Assembly (NCBI GenBank): GCA_045658565.1
Contig: JAZOVF010000030.1
Span: 72,893-136,892 of the forward strand
DNA: 64,000 bases
Direction of reading: 5' to 3'
Source of the DNA: Eubacteriales bacterium
GTDB taxonomy: Bacteria; Bacillota; Clostridia; Oscillospirales; CAG-272
Below the pieces are notes generated by a model, which saw only the letters and a program-made list of their open reading frames with translations, was not told the origin of the DNA and did not search any database. Made by a program: the position numbers and the translations under genes. Shown here piece after piece: positions 56,787-64,000 of the stretch. Within the stretch, counting starts at the first letter, position 1. Each line of letters begins with the position of its first letter.

Positions 56787-58100
56787 TTATTTTACAAATT
56801 CCTCGTAGATTGCGTTAAGAGCAGTTATATAGTCGTTAGAATCAACTCCGACAATAATGTTAAGCTCACTTGAGCCTTGGTCGATCATACGAATGTTTAC
56901 CCCAGCGTTTGCAAGAGCAACAAAGATGCGGGCTGCAGTTCCCTTCGCCTTAACCATTCCACGACCAACGATAGCAACAAGAGCAAGGTTCTCCTCAACA
57001 TAAACATTGTCGGGATTGATGTTTTTACAAATTCCCGCAAGCACGTCTGCCCTCTTCTCCTGCAGACACTTGGTGGATACGATAACAGTCATTGTATCAA
57101 TACCCGAGGGGAAATGCTCAAAGGAAATTCCGTTCTCCTCAAGAACCTGAAGAACCTTTCTACCAAGGCCAAGCTCTGAGTTCATCATCGCCTTTTCGAT
57201 AGTGATGTTGGAGAACCCGGTTTTTCCTGCTATACCGGTAATGGTATAGTCGCTGAGATCGTCTGTTTCGGGAACAATAAATGTACCGGGATCAGCGGGA
57301 CTGTTTGTATTTTTAATATTTATTGGAATCTTGGAGTATCTTACAGGGAAAATTGCGTCCTCGTGGAGAACGGTTGCACCCATGTAAGAAAGCTCGCGAA
57401 GCTCCTTGTAGGTAATAGTCTTTATTGGCTTAGGATCTGATATGATTCTGGGGTCTGCCATAAGGAAGCCCGAAACGTCAGTCCAGTTCTCGTAGAGGGT
57501 TGCAGATGCCGCTCTTGCAACAATAGAGCCTGTTATATCAGAGCCTCCGCGAGAGAAGGTCTTGATTGTTCCGTTGGGCATAGAGCCGTAAAATCCGGGA
57601 ATAACCGCATACTCACGAATAGAAAGCGCATCGCGCATTACATCATTTGTCCTCTCGGGGTTAAAGCTTCCGTCCTCGTTAAAGAACACAACCTTCTTAG
57701 CATCGAGAAAGTCAAAGCCAAGATATTTTGCAAGAATCATAGCATTAAGATACTCGCCACGGGAGGCAACATAGTCTCTGCCCGAGTTATGAAGCATAGA
57801 AAATCTTATCTTCTCAAATGCCTCGGTAAGGTCGAGGTCGATTCCGAGATCGGTGATTATACTGTTATATCTGTTCTTTATTTCTTCAAATATCTCGGTG
57901 ATATCCTCTTCGTCACAAGCAAGAGCATAGCACTTGTAAAGAAGGTCGGTAATTTTTGTATCACCGCTATTACGCTTTCCGGGGGCGGAAGCAACAACAT
58001 ATCTTCTGTTAGGGTCGCTTTTAACTATTTCGGCAACCTGGCGGAAGTGCTCAGCATCAGCAAGCGAGCTACCTCCAAACTTTAAAACCTTGAGGCTCAT
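56787..58100 (-). CDS. aspartate kinase
   Basis: N-terminal VLKFGGSSLA and two C-terminal ACT-like repeats. 437 aa. Confidence 0.92.
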   Translation of the reverse strand: MSLKVLKFGGSSLADAEHFRQVAEIVKSDPNRRYVVASAPGKRNSGDTKITDLLYKCYALACDEEDITEIFEEIKNRYNSIITDLGIDLDLTEAFEKIRFSMLHNSGRDYVASRGEYLNAMILAKYLGFDFLDAKKVVFFNEDGSFNPERTNDVMRDALSIREYAVIPGFYGSMPNGTIKTFSRGGSDITGSIVARAASATLYENWTDVSGFLMADPRIISDPKPIKTITYKELRELSYMGATVLHEDAIFPVRYSKIPINIKNTNSPADPGTFIVPETDDLSDYTITGIAGKTGFSNITIEKAMMNSELGLGRKVLQVLEENGISFEHFPSGIDTMTVIVSTKCLQEKRADVLAGICKNINPDNVYVEENLALVAIVGRGMVKAKGTAARIFVALANAGVNIRMIDQGSSELNIIVGVDSNDYITALNAIYEEFVK

Positions 58101-58135
58101 TTCTAAAAAAATCTCCTATTATAAAAGATATTTAT

Positions 58136-58164
58136 ATTATATGAGATTTTGTGTTATTTGTCAA
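58136..58164 (-). promoter_or_regulatory. sigma-A promoter of aspartate kinase
   Basis: On the minus strand: TTGACA, 17 nt, TATAAT, about 30 nt upstream of the ATG. The leader is therefore too short for a riboswitch. Confidence 0.6.
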
Positions 58165-58269
58165 GTGGTAAAAAGACAAAAAAGGTAGAAAAAAGAAGAC
58201 CTATATTTTCAAAAAATAAGACATATTGCACATAGTGTAAAAAACTGTACAAAAGCTAGTTGCTTTGAA

Positions 58270-58761
58270 GTGGCTTTCTCTCCGCCACATACAAAATTTC
58301 AAAATGTACACGTACATAACAAAAAAACCTCCCTACCCGGAGGTTTCGTATGTGGCTTAAGAAAAGGGGTATTCACCTATGGTGAAGATACCCACGCTTG
58401 ACGCTTACAAGTAAACTTGACGCGCTCTTCGCGGGGTATGCGAACCCTTAGCGCTAAAGCGCAGGGCTAGAAAGTGGCTTTCTCTCCGCCACATATAAAA
58501 TTGCAAAATGTGCACGTACATAACAAAAAACCTCCCTACCCGGAGGTTTCGTATGTGGCTTAAGAAAAGGGGTATTCACCCATGGTGAAGATATACCCAC
58601 GCTTGACGCTTACAAGTAAACTTGACGCGCTCTTCGCGGGGTATGCGAACCCTTAGCGCTAAAGCGCAGGGCTAGAAAGTGGCTTTCTCTCCGCCACATA
58701 CAAAATTGCAAAATGTACACGTACATAACAAAAAAACCTCCCTACCCGGAGGTTTCGTATG
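58270..58761 (-). repeat. tandem repeat of about 2.4 copies (period 204/205 bp) of a tRNA-Ser-derived structured element plus terminator
   Basis: Copies at 58270-58473, 58474-58678 and 58679-58761 (partial). Terminator hairpins at 58328-58343, 58531-58546 and 58737-58752. See the first finding for the full analysis. Confidence 0.9.
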
Positions 58762-58852
58762 TGGCGGAGAGAAAGGGATTCGAACCCTTGATACCGGTTA
58801 GGGTATACACGATTTCCAGTCGTGCGCCTTAGACCAACTCGGCCATCTCTCC
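58762..58852 (-). tRNA. tRNA-Ser (GGA)
   Basis: Manual cloverleaf: acceptor GGAGAGA/TCTCTCC, anticodon loop CTGGAAA, long variable arm ATACC...GGTAT, T arm AAGGG-TTCGAAT-CCCTT, encoded CCA. Confidence 0.93.
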
Positions 58853-58865
58853 ACGCGACTTCTAT

Positions 58866-58894
58866 ATTATACCAAAGAAGTTTTAAAAAGTCAA
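58866..58894 (-). promoter_or_regulatory. sigma-A promoter of tRNA-Ser
   Basis: On the minus strand: TTGACT, 17 nt, TATAAT, about 13 nt before the tRNA 5' end. Confidence 0.6.
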
Positions 58895-59056
58895 GAGTTT
58901 TTTTATCTTTTTTTGCGTCTTTTTTGTGTTTTGTTTTTGTTTTTTTCAATTGTCATTTGCAGAAGATATAATTTTCTTTTTTATATTGATTTTTTGTACG
59001 TTTTGATATATAATCGTATATAATTCTGCATTCTTGTTATTAGAAAGGGTTATTTC

Positions 59057-59953
59057 GTGGAAGTAATACAAAAGAATTTAAAGCAGCCTGACGTTCATCG
59101 AACAATTTCAATAGATTATATTTCGGCTATACATTATTTCGAGTTTGATGACACCTTTGTTGACAGAGCCGAGTCTCACAACACATGGGAGTTAGTTTAT
59201 GTTGACAGAGGAAGATGTGATGTTATCAGCGATGAGGATACCATTCACTTAAAGCAAGGAGAAATGTTTTTCCATAAGCCTGGCGAGGTACATCTTTTAG
59301 AGGTGTGTAAAGGAGCAACACCAAATATTATTATTGTATCTTTTTATTCCGAGTCGGAAGCCATGAGGTATTTTGAAAAGCAAAAGATTGTTGCCTCAAT
59401 GACAACAAAGCAATATATTGCCGCCATAATTCACGAGGCATCAAACACATTTGATTTACCATTTAATAATCCTAGAATAACAAAGCTGAAGCTAAAACCC
59501 GAGGACGGTCTGTGGGCAGGACAGCAATCTATTGTTCTTCGTCTTGAGCTTATGCTTATTGAGCTTGTCAGAGAGAATCACTATTATTTAACAAACAGAA
59601 AGATGGTTGTACCTAAGGATATAATAGAAGATAGCTTTATACTTAAAATTGTTGAATTTATGGAATCAAGACTCTACGGCAAGTTCACTATGGACGAATT
59701 AAGCCGTGAAATGAATTTCGGTAAAACTCATATATCAAGAGCATTCTCCAAGGCCTGCGGCTGCACGGTTATAGACTATTTCACAAAAATGAAGGTGAAA
59801 GAAGCCAAACGTCTGATAAGAGAATCCAGATATAATTTCTTTGAGATATCCGAGATGCTTATGTTCTCAAATTCTCATTATTTCTCAACAGTATTCAAGA
59901 AGAATACAGGAATGACTCCCTCACAGTACAAAAAATCCTGCAAAAAAGCATAA
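59057..59953 (+). CDS. AraC-family transcriptional regulator (GTG start)
   Basis: N-terminal cupin-like sensor and a C-terminal double HTH (…FSNSHYFSTVFKKNTGMTPSQY). Confidence 0.85.
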   Translation: MEVIQKNLKQPDVHRTISIDYISAIHYFEFDDTFVDRAESHNTWELVYVDRGRCDVISDEDTIHLKQGEMFFHKPGEVHLLEVCKGATPNIIIVSFYSESEAMRYFEKQKIVASMTTKQYIAAIIHEASNTFDLPFNNPRITKLKLKPEDGLWAGQQSIVLRLELMLIELVRENHYYLTNRKMVVPKDIIEDSFILKIVEFMESRLYGKFTMDELSREMNFGKTHISRAFSKACGCTVIDYFTKMKVKEAKRLIRESRYNFFEISEMLMFSNSHYFSTVFKKNTGMTPSQYKKSCKKA

Positions 59954-60047
59954 ATTGTATTCTGCCTCTCAATATCTCGTTATTTTTTAAAAATGCAATC
60001 AATGATTTTGGGGTTGCATTTTTTTGTTTTTTCTATTAAATTTAATG

Positions 60048-60076
60048 TTGACAAATATCCGTTTTTATGTTATACT
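60048..60076 (+). promoter_or_regulatory. sigma-A promoter of the riboswitch-transporter unit
   Basis: TTGACA, 17 nt, TATACT. Confidence 0.6.
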
Positions 60077-60096
60077 AAATTAACAAAAAATTCATA

Positions 60097-60306
60097 ATAG
60101 AGGCGCGGTTTTCATGATAAGCGGTTGAATAGGGCTATATTTCTGCGTGGTAAAGGGAAAATCGCCGAGAACATATTCTGTTTGCCCTGACAGATTTGTT
60201 CGGGCGCTGCGAGAATATTGTTGCGACTGTCATTCTGTAAAGAATGGAGAGCTATTGGATATTTTGACTCTTTTGTCACAGTATTTGATAGTACTGTGGC
60301 TTTTTT
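60097..60306 (+). promoter_or_regulatory. lysine riboswitch (L-box) with terminator expression platform
   Basis: L-box landmarks in order: AGAGGCGC, GGTAAAGGGAAAATCGCCGAG, ACTGTCA, ATGGAGAGCTA. They are followed by a CACAGTA/TACTGTG hairpin and T6 (60277-60306). Confidence 0.8.
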
Positions 60307-60336
60307 GTTAAAAAAATTTAAGGAGAAAATAAAAAA

Positions 60337-62199
60337 ATGGTAGGTACTCTATGGGCCTTTATGCCCGCAATTATCGCCATAGTGCTTGCACTCGTTACAA
60401 AGCAGGTTTATATTTCCCTGTTCTTTGGTATTGTTGTCGGTGCTTTGATGTTTGTTGGCGGTAATCCTCTTCATGCGCTCTTTACCGTTTATGAGGTAAT
60501 GAGTGACAAGGTTGGAGCGAATGTTCCAATCATAGTATTCCTTGTAGTTCTTGGAATTCTCGTTGTCCTGATGCAGAAGTCAGGCGGTGCCAAGGCTTAC
60601 GGCGACTGGGCAGGAAAGAAGATTAAGTCTAAGGGTGGCGCGCTTGCAGCAACTGCAGGTCTTGGTTCGCTTATCTTTGTTGACGACTACTTCAACTGTC
60701 TCACCGTTGGTTCTGTTATGCGTCCTGTAACAGACAAGTTTAAAATCTCACGCGCAAAGCTTGCGTACATAATTGACGCAACTGCTGCTCCCGTTTGTAT
60801 CATAGCTCCCATATCCAGCTGGGCTGCTGCTGTTGCAGGCGAGCTTGAGGGCGACGGTCTTATGGTGTTTATCAGCACTATTCCCTTTAACGTATATGCT
60901 CTTCTCACTCTTGTTATGGTGTTCACTCTTTGCTTCATCAAGTTCGACTTTGGTAAGATGAAGAAGAACGACTATATCGCACAGACAACAGGCGACCTTC
61001 ACGCAGGCGAGGGTGGAAATGATGAACAAACCGCAGAGGTTAAGGCAAACCCCAAGGGTAAGGTAAGACATCTTCTTATCCCTGTTATAATCCTTATTGT
61101 TTGCTGTATCGGCGGTATGCTCTACACCGGCTTCTTCTATAACTGGGGCTCTGATATTGAAATGACCTTTGATGCAGATGATGTTGTTGCTTATGACTCT
61201 GACGAAAACGGTATTCGTGTTATTCTCCGCAACAATGATGATGTTTTTGCAGCTCTTGACGGTATTCCTTCTTCCTTCGCGGACAGCGGTAACGACTACT
61301 TCTACTATATCGATGACCAGACATACACCGACCCCGTGACTCAAAACGAGCTTCCTTATGTAAGATTCCAGATCAACAGACCCGCAACCATCACACCCGA
61401 TGAAACTTCCGTTACAGTTTATGCTGAGCTTGAGGCGGCCGGCTACACCGACGTTCCTCAGTCTGAGGATGTTATTTCCGCATTCTCCAACTGTGATGCA
61501 GGTATGTCTCTTGCTATCGGCTCTACAATAGCTCTTATCATTATTGCCGCTTATTACATGCTCTCCGGTGTTGTTTCCTTCACAGAGATAACCGGTAGCT
61601 TTACCGAGGGCTTCAAGGCTATGGTTCCCGCTATTCTTATCCTTACCTTTGCTTGGTCTATTTCCGGTATTATGGGTGCTAAGGGCGGATACCTTGATGC
61701 TCAGGCATTTGTTGAAACAAATCTTGCGAACAGCTCCTTCCCCGAATTCCTCTTCCCTGCTATATTCTTTGTTCTTGCAGGCGCTATTGCCTTTGCAACC
61801 GGTACAAGCTGGGGTACATTCGGAGTACTTGTTCCTATCGCTGTTACAATTCTTGGCGGCAGCGGAACAATGGCTATCCTCACCGTTTCTGCTACTCTTG
61901 GCGGCGCGGTATTCGGAGACCACGTTTCTCCCATCTCGGATACAACAATCCTTGCATCCGCGGGCGCGCAGTGTAACCACGTAGACCACGTTAACACTCA
62001 GCTTCCTTATGCTTCTCTTGTTGCGGGAATTGCTGCTGTTGCATATATTATCGGCGGTCTTATGGCTGATCTTGAGCTTGGCGGTATTATTACAGGCCTC
62101 ATACTTTGGGCTGTAGCACTTCTTCTCTTTGCCGGCGCAGTTGTACTTATTAAGTTCTTAAACAAGCGCGCTGAAGCTAAGAATGCTGATGCTGAATAA
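60337..62199 (+). CDS. NhaC-family transporter (putative lysine-related transporter) with a hydrophilic central insertion
   Basis: Polytopic NhaC-like N- and C-terminal halves are separated by about 130 acidic, non-membrane residues. The gene sits downstream of the L-box. Confidence 0.8.
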   Translation: MVGTLWAFMPAIIAIVLALVTKQVYISLFFGIVVGALMFVGGNPLHALFTVYEVMSDKVGANVPIIVFLVVLGILVVLMQKSGGAKAYGDWAGKKIKSKGGALAATAGLGSLIFVDDYFNCLTVGSVMRPVTDKFKISRAKLAYIIDATAAPVCIIAPISSWAAAVAGELEGDGLMVFISTIPFNVYALLTLVMVFTLCFIKFDFGKMKKNDYIAQTTGDLHAGEGGNDEQTAEVKANPKGKVRHLLIPVIILIVCCIGGMLYTGFFYNWGSDIEMTFDADDVVAYDSDENGIRVILRNNDDVFAALDGIPSSFADSGNDYFYYIDDQTYTDPVTQNELPYVRFQINRPATITPDETSVTVYAELEAAGYTDVPQSEDVISAFSNCDAGMSLAIGSTIALIIIAAYYMLSGVVSFTEITGSFTEGFKAMVPAILILTFAWSISGIMGAKGGYLDAQAFVETNLANSSFPEFLFPAIFFVLAGAIAFATGTSWGTFGVLVPIAVTILGGSGTMAILTVSATLGGAVFGDHVSPISDTTILASAGAQCNHVDHVNTQLPYASLVAGIAAVAYIIGGLMADLELGGIITGLILWAVALLLFAGAVVLIKFLNKRAEAKNADAE

Positions 62200-62218
62200 A
62201 TATTTTTTATAAAGCTTT

Positions 62219-62251
62219 ACGGCTGTCCCTTAAATCGGGACAGCCGTTTTT
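62219..62251 (+). terminator. rho-independent terminator
   Basis: CGGCTGTCCC-TTAAATC-GGGACAGCCG followed by T5. Confidence 0.75.
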
Positions 62252-62255
62252 ATAC

Positions 62256-62290
62256 AAAAAAGGAACAGATAAAAATCTGTTCCTAATTTT
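62256..62290 (-). terminator. terminator of comFC-like gene
   Basis: AGGAACAGAT...ATCTGTTCCT stem with flanking A and T runs. Confidence 0.6.
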
Positions 62291-62295
62291 AATAT

Positions 62296-63045
62296 TTAGT
62301 TTAGAGAAATAATCTTTTCGTCCTTATATGCTATCGCAACCGCGGCGCCGTATATGCACTTAGGTCTCAGAATTCTTAACACAGCGGCAGAGTTACCCAT
62401 AGATGCACCGCTTGTAACTACATCGTCGATTATAAGAACAGTACGCCCCTTAATATCAGGCTCACCGATAAGGTCAAAGCGCGCGTTAGCTTGTCTTTCT
62501 TGCTGTGTCAAAGACTTTTGCGCAATGCTTGCCATTGAAACAAGCAAAGGCATATATTCTAACCCCAGCTTTTTAGCAACAGCTTCGGACAGAACACCTG
62601 CGTGGTCAAAGCCTCTTTCCCTTATGGCGGATTTTCTGTTAGGCACGTTGGTTACTATTGTATCTAAAGGGAGTGTGGGAAAGGCATTGTTTATTGCCTC
62701 GGCCATCTCTCCTGAAACAAAATCCAAAACATCCCAACGTCTTTTGTTCTTCATTTTAAAAATCAACCTAAGGGTTACATCTCCATTTTGTCCTGTGTTA
62801 TAGCGCACAAGCTTTGATAGACCTTTAACAAAATGCGTTTTAAGATAATAGTTCGGACAGGTACATTCGGAAAGCACCCTAGAACAAACAGAGCAGCTTC
62901 TGGTTCTTGCTTCTTTATATTTACCAAGGCAGCTCTTGCAAAGCGCCAAATCCTCAGGCAAAAGCTTTTTCCTGCAGGCAACGCACTTCGGTACAGAGAG
63001 CTTAAAAAGCAAAGATTTTATAGATTCATCTATTCTGCCAAGCAT
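62296..63045 (-). CDS. comFC: ComF-family protein (ComFC-like phosphoribosyltransferase)
   Basis: N-terminal CxxC...CxxC zinc-finger pairs and a PRT motif VLIIDDVVTSGAS. Confidence 0.85.
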   Translation of the reverse strand: MLGRIDESIKSLLFKLSVPKCVACRKKLLPEDLALCKSCLGKYKEARTRSCSVCSRVLSECTCPNYYLKTHFVKGLSKLVRYNTGQNGDVTLRLIFKMKNKRRWDVLDFVSGEMAEAINNAFPTLPLDTIVTNVPNRKSAIRERGFDHAGVLSEAVAKKLGLEYMPLLVSMASIAQKSLTQQERQANARFDLIGEPDIKGRTVLIIDDVVTSGASMGNSAAVLRILRPKCIYGAAVAIAYKDEKIISLN

Positions 63046-64000
63046 TATTTAGCGGTTTTTGGAAAGCTATCCTTAAGACCAACTATTCTGTTGAATGTAC
63101 CCTCGTGCTTTGTATCCTTAACAAAATAACCAACTCTTACAAACTGGAATCTCTCACCGGGCTTAGCTTCGGCAAGAGAGCCTTCAATCTTAACTCCCGA
63201 AATTTCGGTAACAGAGTTCTTGTTAAGATAGTCATCATAGGTCTTGTCCTCGGGAATATCTGCTGTGTTCTCTATATCAAAGAGGAAGTCATAAAGCATT
63301 ACCTTGGTGTCAAGGGCGTGAGATGCAGAGAGCCAATGAATTGTTCCCTTTACCTTTCTGCCATCGGTAGGCATACCGTTTCCTGTTTCAAGGTCTGCGG
63401 TGCAACGAATTTCGGTAATATTACCGTCGTTATCCTTTACAACCTCGTTACACTTAACGATGTATGCACCCATAAGACGAACCTCGCCCTCGGGCTTCAT
63501 TCTGAAGAACTTAGGAGGCGGAACCTCAGCAAAGTCCTCGGCATCGATATAAAGCTCTCTTGTGAAAGGAACCTTTCTTGTACCTGTTTCGGGGTGAGCG
63601 GGATTGTTGGGAAGCTCGAAGTATTCAACCTTATCCTCGGGATAGTTGGTGATAACAACCTTAATAGGCTTAAGAATTGCCACACGTCTTTCGGCGGTGT
63701 CGTTAAGCTCTTCTCTGATACAATGCTCGAGAAGCTCGTAGTCAACAACGCTATATGCCTTTGCAACGCCTGCTCTTGAAACAAAGTCAAAGATAGATGC
63801 GGGAGTGTATCCGCGACGTCTCAGACCGCAAAGGGTGGGCATTCTGGGGTCATCCCAGCCGTCTACAAGTTTTTCTTCAACAAGTTTTCTGAGATATCTC
63901 TTTGACATTACGGTGTGAGTAACATTAAGTCTTGCAAACTCACGCTGCTTAGGCTTAATCTCAAAGCCGATATTGTCAACAACCCACTCGTAGAGGGGTC
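63045..64000 (-). CDS. glnS: glutaminyl-tRNA synthetase, C-terminal part (gene continues beyond the window)
   Basis: VMSKR (KMSKS-type) motif followed by the GlnRS anticodon-binding beta-barrel region. The frame stays open to 64000, and the stop overlaps the comFC ATG (TAATG). Confidence 0.92.
   Translation of the reverse strand, partial: PLYEWVVDNIGFEIKPKQREFARLNVTHTVMSKRYLRKLVEEKLVDGWDDPRMPTLCGLRRRGYTPASIFDFVSRAGVAKAYSVVDYELLEHCIREELNDTAERRVAILKPIKVVITNYPEDKVEYFELPNNPAHPETGTRKVPFTRELYIDAEDFAEVPPPKFFRMKPEGEVRLMGAYIVKCNEVVKDNDGNITEIRCTADLETGNGMPTDGRKVKGTIHWLSASHALDTKVMLYDFLFDIENTADIPEDKTYDDYLNKNSVTEISGVKIEGSLAEAKPGERFQFVRVGYFVKDTKHEGTFNRIVGLKDSFPKTAK

Noticed and set aside
58101-58260. An expected lysine riboswitch or T-box upstream of aspartate kinase.
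   Set aside because: A consensus promoter sits about 30 nt from the ATG. The sequence between it and the repeat array shows none of the L-box or T-box landmarks.
58659-58949. A 96-aa minus-strand ORF overlapping tRNA-Ser and the tandem repeat.
   Set aside because: It runs through a tRNA gene, its promoter and a terminator. It is Lys-rich and low-complexity with no RBS, so it is spurious.
62200-62295. Possible raiA-motif RNA downstream of comFC, which is a common context for that RNA.
   Set aside because: The gap is only 96 bp and is fully explained by two terminator hairpins.

Overview
This is a 64-kb chromosomal window from a low-GC, spore-forming Firmicute. It looks like Clostridia, judged from spoIIID, cwlD, a pdaA-like gene, the codon usage and many consensus sigma-A promoters; this is inference with no database check. 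Gene density is high and most of the content is housekeeping. That includes tilS-ftsH, radA, the rpmG-secE-nusG-rplK-rplA block, prs, lgt, folD, rpsU, pgi, aspartate kinase, glnS, three tRNAs and a lysine riboswitch. I saw no CRISPR array, IS element, prophage or recognisable defence system.

Four regions deserve a second look:
1. 58270-58761: a tandem array of about 205-bp units derived from tRNA-Ser. The units are highly structured, each carries its own terminator, and the array runs into the genuine tRNA-Ser(GGA).
2. 17567-31290: a tightly packed putative DeoR-controlled operon. It joins an unassigned sugar-phosphate module (FGGY kinase, archaeal-type TIM-like, SIS, YjbQ-like, FSA-like aldolase) directly to an E2-E3-fused-E1(alpha-beta)-LplA 2-oxoacid/acetoin dehydrogenase set. 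NagA-like and NagB-like genes lie next to it on the opposite strand.
3. 3678-8844: a Na+-pump decarboxylase operon with two different carboxyltransferases and a beta subunit carrying a large insertion.
4. 14114-16189: an EF-G paralogue whose G3 motif lacks the catalytic histidine.

All protein calls rest on motifs read in the supplied translations. No searches were run.
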